From NCBI GenBank assembly GCA_031960885.1, contig JAVRLY010000002.1, positions 1 through 49,611 on the forward strand: a DNA stretch of 49,611 nucleotides, given 5' to 3'. Position numbers and translations under genes: made by a program. The notes below the pieces were generated by a model, which had not been told where the DNA came from, did no database searches, and saw only the letters and a list, made by a program, of their open reading frames with translations. Below are positions 19,614 through 27,901 of this stretch, piece by piece. How positions within the stretch are numbered: the first letter of the stretch is position 1; each line of letters begins with the position of its first letter. This DNA comes from Desulfurella sp. (GTDB lineage: Bacteria > Campylobacterota_A > Desulfurellia > Desulfurellales > Desulfurellaceae).

Positions 19614-19655
19614 ACTTTTACTAATACCATAAAAAAATAATATTTTCAAGAATTA

Positions 19656-19684
19656 TTGAAAATTAAAAATTCTTCATGTATACT
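19656..19684 (+). promoter_or_regulatory. Putative sigma70 promoter for the VKOR-GT9 operon
   Basis: TTGAAA (19656-19661), 17 nt, TATACT (19679-19684). Confidence 0.6.
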
Positions 19685-19692
19685 CTATCTCT

Positions 19693-20454
19693 GTGGTGAA
19701 AATAGCAATTTATGTATTGGGTTTTACTCTTTCTCTTATAGAGTTGATTTTATCTTTTTTTAATAAAAGCCTATGTGATGCGTATTCATGCAAATTAGTC
19801 GCAAATTATGTAAAGTATGGCGAATCCGTACTAATTTTTATTGGCGTTATTGTTTTTTTATTGCTTATTGCATTGGAGTTGAGTAAAAGCAGTTTAAAAG
19901 AACATATAATTGACGCTTTGCTAATATCTGCTTTATCAACAGAAGGTCTATTAATATCATTTCAAATTTTTTCGCTTAAAGTGATTTGTTATTTTTGTTT
20001 TTCGGTTTTTTCAATTTTTCTTGTTTTGGTTGTGTTGCGCCTATCTCAAAAACATTATTCTATGCTTTTTGCGCTTGTCTCATTTGTAAGCGTGTTTTTT
20101 ATGGGTTTTTTGATTTTGCCTAATTTGTCGCCATTACAATCTGGATATGATTTGTTTTATTCAAAAGCTTGTCCACATTGTGAAAAAACTATAGAATTTT
20201 TAGAAAAAACACACATTAGCGTAAATAAATACAATGCTCAAGATTATAAAAATTTTCTCAACAACATAGGCATAAACGAAGTGCCAGTACTTTTTATAAA
20301 TTTGCCACATGAAAAGAAATTCATTGTAGGTCAAGAAAACATTGAAAGATATTTTGAGTCAAACTTACAACATAGTTATAATTTTCAAAAAACTAACAAT
20401 AATTTTTTCAACAATGACCAAACATGTATTTTAGGTGATAATTGCACAAAATGA
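19693..20454 (+). CDS. Membrane protein: VKOR-like domain fused to a glutaredoxin/thioredoxin-like domain
   Basis: About 5 TM helices with loop C28/C33 and CYFC (C99/C102), followed by CPHC (C160/C163) and an EVP cis-Pro motif. Confidence 0.7.
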   Translation: MVKIAIYVLGFTLSLIELILSFFNKSLCDAYSCKLVANYVKYGESVLIFIGVIVFLLLIALELSKSSLKEHIIDALLISALSTEGLLISFQIFSLKVICYFCFSVFSIFLVLVVLRLSQKHYSMLFALVSFVSVFFMGFLILPNLSPLQSGYDLFYSKACPHCEKTIEFLEKTHISVNKYNAQDYKNFLNNIGINEVPVLFINLPHEKKFIVGQENIERYFESNLQHSYNFQKTNNNFFNNDQTCILGDNCTK

Positions 20455-21470
20455 AAAAGTTTTTAGTTATACAAACAGCATTTTTAGGTGATGCAATACT
20501 TAGTGTACCTATTATTGACTCATTAAAAAATAAGTTTCAAGATGATAATATTTATGTGCTTACTACACCTCAAAATAAAGATGTTTATACGCTAAACCCA
20601 AATGTTTATGAGATTATCCTCTATGATAAACATAATCTTGAGAATGATATCTTTAGTATGATACGAAAAATTAAATTTTTAAAAAAAATTGGTTTTGATT
20701 GTATAGTTACACCCCATCCAAGCGCTAGGACTGCTCTTATTAGTTATTTTAGTTCTGCAAAGGTGCGTATTGCTCCATCAAGTGTTTCATTAAGTTTTTT
20801 ATATTCGCCCACGGTAAATACATCATCTTATCTCCATCAGATTGATAAAAATCTAGCGTTACTTAAACCTCTTGGTTTTAGTGAAAAAGATTTAATTAGG
20901 AAAATTAATCTGTTTTTTACAAAAGAAGATGAAAAACTCATAAATGGAGTACTTGAGGCTTATTCTGTTGATCATAACAAAAAAATAATTGTAATTAATC
21001 CTTTATCTGCATGGCTTACAAAAAGATGGCCAAAAGAATATTATAAAGAGTTGGCTTTTATGCTACTCCAAAGTGGACATCTTGTGATATTAGTTGGAAC
21101 AAAAAAAGATATTGGCATCGGGGAATATATAAAAAATAATAAAAAAAATATTGTAAATCTTATGGGTCAGACAAACCTGAAAGAATTATTCGCTGTAATT
21201 GCAAAAGCAAATTTATTAATATCAAATGATTCTGCACCTGTCCACATAGCATCTGCATATGATACCCCTACAATCGAAATATATGGTCCGACATTGCCTG
21301 AATTTGGATTTTATTCGCTAAGTACAAAAAATAAGATTTTAGAGATAAAAGACTTAGATTGTAGACCTTGTGGTTCACATGGCAGCAATGCGTGCAAAAA
21401 GTCTCACTTTGATTGTATGATGCGTATTTTGCCTCAAGAAGTTTTTAAAGCAGCCATTGAGTTTCTATAA
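20451..21470 (+). CDS. waaF: GT9 LPS heptosyltransferase (WaaF-like)
   Basis: QTAFLGDAIL, TKRWP, SNDSAPVHIASA, YGPT, CRPC...C...C. Confidence 0.8.
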   Translation: MKKFLVIQTAFLGDAILSVPIIDSLKNKFQDDNIYVLTTPQNKDVYTLNPNVYEIILYDKHNLENDIFSMIRKIKFLKKIGFDCIVTPHPSARTALISYFSSAKVRIAPSSVSLSFLYSPTVNTSSYLHQIDKNLALLKPLGFSEKDLIRKINLFFTKEDEKLINGVLEAYSVDHNKKIIVINPLSAWLTKRWPKEYYKELAFMLLQSGHLVILVGTKKDIGIGEYIKNNKKNIVNLMGQTNLKELFAVIAKANLLISNDSAPVHIASAYDTPTIEIYGPTLPEFGFYSLSTKNKILEIKDLDCRPCGSHGSNACKKSHFDCMMRILPQEVFKAAIEFL

Positions 21471-22423
21471 TGAATTTGTGCGTGATTCGTTTAAGCTCTA
21501 TAGGCGACATTGTCATAACATCCGCATTTTTAGTAGAATTAAAAAAACTATACCCAAATAGCAAAATTTTCTATATCACTAAATATTCGTATCTAGATTT
21601 ATTTAAAGTTATGCCCTATGTTGATGAAGTGATAGATTATAAAAATGCAAGTATGCTTAAAAATGTCCAATTTTATGCTATATACGATTTACAAGTTAAT
21701 TTAAGAAGTATTATTTTGTCATACACGTTAAATGGTAAAGTTTATAGAGCGCCCAAACACAGACTTTATAGACTGAAAGTGTTGTATAAGTCTAAATTTC
21801 CTTTGAATTTTATAAAAGACAAAAAACAAAAGGATGTGATTGAAGATTATTTGAGTTTAATAAACAAAAGCGATGGCCAACCAAAACTTATGTGCAATAA
21901 AAAAAAAGAAACACACGATAGTCTCGTAATTGGTTTAGCTCCATTTGCTGCTTGGAAAAATAAAATGTGGCCAACAGAAAAGTTCATAAAACTTTTAGAG
22001 CGTTTGAATTCACTTTTTCATCCAACATTCTATATTTTTGGCTCTAAAGAAGAAAAAAGCCTTGCCCATTATTTTGATAATCTTGGATCTAATGTAATTA
22101 ACTATGTGGGTAATTTACTAATACATGAAACTGTTGAAAAGATAGCTCAATGCGATATTTTAATCACAAATGATTCGGCTTTAATGCATATCGCTAGTGC
22201 TTGTAGTGTACCAATTGTTGCTATATTTGGACCAACAGTGAAAGAATTTGGCTTTTACCCGAAAACAAAGTCGATAATGATTGAAAAACACCTTTCTTGT
22301 AGGCCGTGCCATTTGCATGGTGGCAATAAATGCAAAAAAGGTGATTTTGAGTGCATGGAAAGCATAAGCGTCGATGATGTATTTAACGCTGCAAAATTAT
22401 TATTGGAGGCAAAAAATGTTTAG
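21470..22423 (+). CDS. GT9 LPS heptosyltransferase, second paralog
   Basis: RLSSIGDIV, KMWP, TNDSALMHIA, FGPT, CRPC. Confidence 0.88.
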   Translation: MNLCVIRLSSIGDIVITSAFLVELKKLYPNSKIFYITKYSYLDLFKVMPYVDEVIDYKNASMLKNVQFYAIYDLQVNLRSIILSYTLNGKVYRAPKHRLYRLKVLYKSKFPLNFIKDKKQKDVIEDYLSLINKSDGQPKLMCNKKKETHDSLVIGLAPFAAWKNKMWPTEKFIKLLERLNSLFHPTFYIFGSKEEKSLAHYFDNLGSNVINYVGNLLIHETVEKIAQCDILITNDSALMHIASACSVPIVAIFGPTVKEFGFYPKTKSIMIEKHLSCRPCHLHGGNKCKKGDFECMESISVDDVFNAAKLLLEAKNV

Positions 22424-23513
22424 TGTGCCAGTATTGTTATATCACCATATTAATTACGATAAAGACGTGTTGTCTATTAGTCCAGAAGCTTTTGAAGCTC
22501 ATTTAAAATATTTAAAACAAGAGGGTTTTGTTAGCATAGATGATGAAGAATTGGCTCAGTATCTTATTGAAGGTAAAAGGGATTGGAAAAAAGCTATAGT
22601 TATAACTTTTGATGATGGTTATTTAGATACATGGGTTTGGGCGTACCCCTTGCTTAAAAAGTATAATTTTAAAGCGTTGTTGTTTTTGGTAACTTGGAAT
22701 GTTGAAGAAGAGGAATCTTTAGGTTTTAATTTAGATGATGTGCACGCGGGTAAAATACCATTAGAAAGATTGCCTAAATGTGAAGCGCAATACGCCATTA
22801 TAGATGGCTATAGGCATAAGCAGGAAAGCAGATTATGTTGGAGCGAAGTGCGTTTTATGGATAAAAGCGGCATTATAAAAGTTTTGCCCCATACCAGAAT
22901 GCACCAAAAAGTGTATGCAAGCGATAAAATAATTGGGTTCAATAGACCAAAAGAAAAACTTTCTTTTTTTGATGATGTAAGGCAGGATAAACGCTATGGC
23001 ACATTGGAGTTTGAGAAAAAACCAGAATATGCTTACAATGAGTTTATTCCAGATAAGCAATTAAATGATTTATTACACAAGTATGTTTTAGACAATGGAT
23101 ATTTAGAATTTTTCAAAAAAGAAAACTTTTCAAAAGAATTAGAAGTGATTGTTGATAATTATAAAAAAGAGAATGGACAAATAGGTATTTTTGAAACAGA
23201 TGAACAAAGATACTTGCGGGTTTTGCAAGATTTGAAATTGGCAAAAGGCGAGTTAGAAACAGAGATAAGAAGAAAAACATATTCTCTTGCATGGCCGTGG
23301 GGTGCATACGATGAAATTAGTATAAAAGCAGCCAAAGATGCTGGGTTTAAGTATCTATTCACAACAAAAAATGGTGCTAATGCAGTTGGAGGCAGTGTTT
23401 TAGAGATTAAGCGATTTAGAGTATGGAAATCAGATTTAGATTGGTTTAAAAAACGCATACAAATATACTCTAATGCTTTATTGTCCAATGTTTACTCATA
23501 CTTAAAAAAGTGA
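22416..23513 (+). CDS. Polysaccharide deacetylase (CE4/NodB-like), probably LPS-core related
   Basis: PVLLYH, ITFDDGY, HTRMH, LAWPWGAY; ATG 22416 with GGAGG SD; no signal peptide. Confidence 0.85.
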   Translation: MFSVPVLLYHHINYDKDVLSISPEAFEAHLKYLKQEGFVSIDDEELAQYLIEGKRDWKKAIVITFDDGYLDTWVWAYPLLKKYNFKALLFLVTWNVEEEESLGFNLDDVHAGKIPLERLPKCEAQYAIIDGYRHKQESRLCWSEVRFMDKSGIIKVLPHTRMHQKVYASDKIIGFNRPKEKLSFFDDVRQDKRYGTLEFEKKPEYAYNEFIPDKQLNDLLHKYVLDNGYLEFFKKENFSKELEVIVDNYKKENGQIGIFETDEQRYLRVLQDLKLAKGELETEIRRKTYSLAWPWGAYDEISIKAAKDAGFKYLFTTKNGANAVGGSVLEIKRFRVWKSDLDWFKKRIQIYSNALLSNVYSYLKK

Positions 23514-23520
23514 TTTTTTA

Positions 23521-23548
23521 TTGACATATTTAACTTTTTGTGTATACT
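23521..23548 (+). promoter_or_regulatory. Putative sigma70 promoter for the acyl-CoA synthetase
   Basis: TTGACA (23521-23526), 16 nt, TATACT (23543-23548). Confidence 0.65.
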
Positions 23549-23583
23549 AGCTTAAATATATACTAATTTAGAAGGGGGTTATT

Positions 23584-25341
23584 ATGAAAGAAGAATTGGT
23601 GGAGTTTTTAAAATTAAGGGATTTTATATTAAGCGGACCAGATTATCAAACATGTAGAAGAGAATTTAAATGGCCCCATTTAACAAAATTTAATTGGGCA
23701 TTGGATTATTTTGATTACATTGCCAAAGACAATCATGATTTGGCATTGATTTGTGCAGATGAAAATGGTTTTGAGAGGAAAGTAACGTTTGATGAGATGA
23801 GAATAAGGTCAAACCAAGCTGCAAATTTCTTTAAAGATTTAGGTTTACAAAAAGGCGATAGAGCCATGATAATGATGGAAAACTCTGTCTACTTATATGA
23901 AATCTTACTGGGTTTGATGAAAGCAGGAGGTGTTATAATACCTGCAGCGACAATGCTTCCAGCAGAAGATATAGCAGAGAGAATTAAGAGTGCAAATATT
24001 AAATTTTTATTTGTAAATAGCGAATATGTAGATAAAGTAATGAAAGCAAAGGAAGCATTATTTGATTTGACAGCACGAATAAATGTTGGAGATGAATTAA
24101 ATGTAGTCTTTGGTGAAGAAGCTGAAAAAGTTCCTCTTTGGATTAACTATAAAGAGGCATATAAATATAAAGAAGAGTATGTTCCTACATTTGTAACATA
24201 CTCTACAGATGAAATGTACTCTTTTTTTACTTCAGGAACAACAGCAAAACCTAAATTAGTTATGCACCCACACCACTACCCTGTTGGTCATTTAACTACA
24301 GCATATTGGATTGGCTGCAAAAAAGGAGATATTCACTATAATATCAGTGCACCCGGTTGGGCAAAGCATGCATGGAGTAGTTTTTATGCACCATGGAATG
24401 CGCAAAGCACAATCTTCACTTACCGATATAAACAATTTAATGCAAAAAAAGTTTTATCCGCAATTGAGAAATACAAGATAACTACGCTTTGTGCACCACT
24501 AAGTGTATGGAAATTGTTTTTGATTGAAGATTTGAGCCAATATAAATTTTCACTAACGCAGTTAGTAAGTGCCGGCGAGCCATTAAATCCAGAAATAACC
24601 AAAAAAGTAAAAGAAAAATTAAATATTGATTTAAGAGAGGGCTATGGTCAAACAGAAAGCACAGCTATGGTAGGAAATTTTATTGGCGAACCAATAAAAG
24701 AAGGCTCAATGGGTAAATGCGCTCCTGGTTACGATCTAATACCAGTAAATGAATTGTTGGATCCAGTTAAGCCAAGAGAAGATGGGCAACTCGCTGTTAA
24801 AATTTACCCTGTAAAACCACTTGGGTTGCTAAGCGCACTTGGTGATGCTGAAAAAAATACCATGATTTTTAAAGGCGGTTATTATTTAACAGGTGATGTC
24901 GCATCTGTAGATGAAGATGGTTATTTTTACTTTGTTGGAAGGGCTGATGATGTATTTAAAAGCCTTGATTACAGAATCAGTCCATTTGAAGTAGAAAGCG
25001 AGATTATGGTTCATCATGCTGTATTGGAAGTTGGCGTTATACCGACTTTCGATGAAAAAGATAGAATTATACCTAAAGCTTTTATAGTACTAAAACCCGA
25101 TTATATAGCATCTAAAGAGATGGCTTTAGACATTTTTAGGTTTATAAGAGACCACATGGCACCTTACAAAAGACCCAGAGTAATAGAGTTTATGAGTGCT
25201 TTTCCTAAAACAATTAGTGCAAAAGTAATGAGAAAGGATCTAAAAGCATACGATCAAGAATTAAGAAAGAAGAATGCAAAAGGAGAATTCGAGTTTAGAG
25301 AATCTGAGTTTTCAGAAGAATTAAATATTAGAAGAAATTAA
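23584..25341 (+). CDS. AMP-forming short/medium-chain acyl-CoA synthetase
   Basis: FNWALDYFD, FTSGTTAKPK, PGWAKHAW, SAGEPLN, EGYGQTE, YLTGD, GRADD, PKTISAK. Confidence 0.92.
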   Translation: MKEELVEFLKLRDFILSGPDYQTCRREFKWPHLTKFNWALDYFDYIAKDNHDLALICADENGFERKVTFDEMRIRSNQAANFFKDLGLQKGDRAMIMMENSVYLYEILLGLMKAGGVIIPAATMLPAEDIAERIKSANIKFLFVNSEYVDKVMKAKEALFDLTARINVGDELNVVFGEEAEKVPLWINYKEAYKYKEEYVPTFVTYSTDEMYSFFTSGTTAKPKLVMHPHHYPVGHLTTAYWIGCKKGDIHYNISAPGWAKHAWSSFYAPWNAQSTIFTYRYKQFNAKKVLSAIEKYKITTLCAPLSVWKLFLIEDLSQYKFSLTQLVSAGEPLNPEITKKVKEKLNIDLREGYGQTESTAMVGNFIGEPIKEGSMGKCAPGYDLIPVNELLDPVKPREDGQLAVKIYPVKPLGLLSALGDAEKNTMIFKGGYYLTGDVASVDEDGYFYFVGRADDVFKSLDYRISPFEVESEIMVHHAVLEVGVIPTFDEKDRIIPKAFIVLKPDYIASKEMALDIFRFIRDHMAPYKRPRVIEFMSAFPKTISAKVMRKDLKAYDQELRKKNAKGEFEFRESEFSEELNIRRN

Positions 25342-25361
25342 TATTTTTAATTTCTTATAAA

Positions 25362-25390
25362 TTGAAAACGATTTGTAAATTTAGTAAAAT
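25362..25390 (+). promoter_or_regulatory. Putative sigma70 promoter for the recA operon
   Basis: TTGAAA (25362-25367), 17 nt, TAAAAT (25385-25390). Confidence 0.6.
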
Positions 25391-25408
25391 ATACAGAAGG
25401 GGAGTATT

Positions 25409-26425
25409 ATGGATGAAAAAAAACTGGAGTCTTTAAAAGTTGCAATATCAAGCATTGAAAAAAGATTTGGAAAAGGTTCATTAATGAAATTAGGTGAACA
25501 TGAGACTATTAAAATAGATGTTATCTCAACAGGCTCATTGTCTATCGATTATGCAATTGGTGTTTGCGGTATACCAAGAGGAAGAATAACAGAAATTTAT
25601 GGGCCAGAATCTAGCGGTAAGACTACGCTTGCCCTACATTGTGTTGCCAATGCACAAAAAGAAGGAGGCATTGCAGCTTTTGTTGATGCCGAACACGCGC
25701 TTGATATTGAGTATGCCAAAAATTTGGGTGTGGATGTTGATAATCTCTTAATTAGCCAGCCAGATTCTGGCGAACAGGCATTGGAGATTATAGATACGCT
25801 TGTTAGGAGCAATGCAGTAGATATTATTGTGCTTGATTCAGTAGCAGCTTTAGTGCCTCAGGCTGAAATAGAAGGAGATATGGGTGATGCGCACATGGGG
25901 TTGCAAGCTAGGTTAATGAGCCAAGCCTTAAGAAAATTAACCGGAGCAATTAGCAAAACTAATACTTCAATTATTTTTTTAAACCAAATCAGGAGTAAAA
26001 TTGGCGTAATGTTTGGAAACCCAGAAACGACAACCGGTGGAAACGCTTTAAAGTTTTATGCTTCATTAAGAATAGATATTAGAAAAGTCAATAATATTAA
26101 ACAGGGTCAAGATATAGTTGGAAACAAAACGAAGGTAAAAATTGTAAAGAATAAAGTAGCACCGCCTTTTAAAGAAGCTGAAGTAGACATAATATATGGC
26201 AAAGGCATAGATTACATTGGAGATGTGCTTGATTTAGCTGTTGCACATGAGATAGTGGAAAAAAGTGGTTCATGGTTTGCTTACCAAAATCAAAGGTTAG
26301 GCCAAGGCAGAGATAACGCCCGGGATTTTTTAAATGATAACCTAGAGTTACTAAATACACTTATAAACGAAGTGAAAACTAAATTAAATTGTTTTACGCA
26401 AAAACAAAGCAATGACGCTAATTAA
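25409..26425 (+). CDS. recA: Recombinase A
   Basis: [35 protein letters not shown]. Confidence 0.99.
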   Translation: MDEKKLESLKVAISSIEKRFGKGSLMKLGEHETIKIDVISTGSLSIDYAIGVCGIPRGRITEIYGPESSGKTTLALHCVANAQKEGGIAAFVDAEHALDIEYAKNLGVDVDNLLISQPDSGEQALEIIDTLVRSNAVDIIVLDSVAALVPQAEIEGDMGDAHMGLQARLMSQALRKLTGAISKTNTSIIFLNQIRSKIGVMFGNPETTTGGNALKFYASLRIDIRKVNNIKQGQDIVGNKTKVKIVKNKVAPPFKEAEVDIIYGKGIDYIGDVLDLAVAHEIVEKSGSWFAYQNQRLGQGRDNARDFLNDNLELLNTLINEVKTKLNCFTQKQSNDAN

Positions 26426-27482
26426 AGAAATTTTAAAAGATGCAATTGAGCGCAAAGCATCGGATATTCATATTAAAACAGGAACGAAGCCAAAGTATAG
26501 GATAGCAGGCGATATTGTAGAAAGCAACTTTGAAACAATCCAGTCAAGCGATTTTGAATCTATCTTAGATGATATTAATTTAACGAACTATCAAATGGAT
26601 AAACTTATAAAAAATAGACAAATTGATTTAGGTTTTGGTGTTGAAGGTGTTGGTAGATTTAGGGTTAATATATTTTTCCAACGTGGCAATTATGGAGCAG
26701 TTTTTAGGTTTTTACCATATAATATTCCTACATTAGACGAGTTGGGTTTGCCAGAGATTGCAGAAGACATCGCTTTAAAACCAAGGGGTTTAGTTCTTGT
26801 AACAGGTGTAACTGGTTCAGGCAAATCTACTACACTAGCTTCTATGATTGATTTGATAAATCAACAAAAAGCGAAAAATATCATTACAATAGAAGATCCA
26901 ATAGAGTATGTATTCAAAGACAAAAAAAGTATTGTTGTTCAAAGACAAGTCGAATTTGATTGTGCTGATTTTGCATCAGGCTTAAGAGGTGCTTTAAGGC
27001 AAGATCCAGATGTAATAATGGTTGGAGAAATGAGAGACCAAGAAACAATCAAAACAGCACTTGAAGCAGCAGAAACGGGTCATTTAGTTTTATCTACATT
27101 GCATACACTAAACGCAGCAGAAACAGTAAATAGGATAATTTCCACATTTGATTTTAAAGACCAAAAACAGATTAGAACTCAGCTCTCAACAGTGCTAGAA
27201 GCAGTTATTTCTCAAAGACTTATAAAAAGTATATCGAAAGAAAAGGATAGGGTTGTAGCAACGGAAATATTGATCGGTACAGAATTTGTAAAGCAAGCAA
27301 TCCTAGATCCTCAAAAAAGCACTGATTTGCAAAAAGCCTTGATTTTAGGTACGCAAGGTATGAGAACGTTTGATGTGTCTTTAATGGAACTCTACAAGCA
27401 AGGGTTAATTGGTATTGATAGTGCACTTGAGTTTGCAAACAACCCAAACGATTTATCTCTAAAGCTTAAAGGCATATATTAG
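26412..27482 (+). CDS. pilT: PilT/PilU-family type IV pilus ATPase
   Basis: [53 protein letters not shown]. Confidence 0.9.
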   Translation: MTLIKEILKDAIERKASDIHIKTGTKPKYRIAGDIVESNFETIQSSDFESILDDINLTNYQMDKLIKNRQIDLGFGVEGVGRFRVNIFFQRGNYGAVFRFLPYNIPTLDELGLPEIAEDIALKPRGLVLVTGVTGSGKSTTLASMIDLINQQKAKNIITIEDPIEYVFKDKKSIVVQRQVEFDCADFASGLRGALRQDPDVIMVGEMRDQETIKTALEAAETGHLVLSTLHTLNAAETVNRIISTFDFKDQKQIRTQLSTVLEAVISQRLIKSISKEKDRVVATEILIGTEFVKQAILDPQKSTDLQKALILGTQGMRTFDVSLMELYKQGLIGIDSALEFANNPNDLSLKLKGIY

Positions 27483-27901
27483 TGGATGGGCTGGATTACG
27501 CTTTTGGTTTGATTGCAAAGAAAAGATACACTTGTAGGGAATTGAAAGAAAAGTTGGAAAAAAAAGGTTTTAGTGCTGAACCCATTATTGAAAGGCTAAA
27601 AGAACTCAATTACCTAAATGATTTGGAATATGCAAGAGATTATGCTATTAAAAAACAAAATGAAGGGTACGGAAAATACAAGATTATGTACCAATTAAAA
27701 AATAAAGGCATTAGTGAAGATATTATAAGTGACCTTCAGTTTTCTAATGAAAAATTAGAAGATATTTTTTTGAAAAAATTACAAAAAATAAAAGGCAACA
27801 AACAAAAGATATATGCTTTTTTGATTAACAGAGGCTTTGATAGTGAAGAAATAAAAAATTTAATATATAAATACGAGGATAAATTATGGATTCAAAAATG
27901 A
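27482..27901 (+). CDS. recX: Regulatory protein RecX
   Basis: ELKEKL, YLNDLEYA, G..KI..QLKNKGI, FLINRGF; in recA...alaS context. Confidence 0.88.
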   Translation: MDGLDYAFGLIAKKRYTCRELKEKLEKKGFSAEPIIERLKELNYLNDLEYARDYAIKKQNEGYGKYKIMYQLKNKGISEDIISDLQFSNEKLEDIFLKKLQKIKGNKQKIYAFLINRGFDSEEIKNLIYKYEDKLWIQK

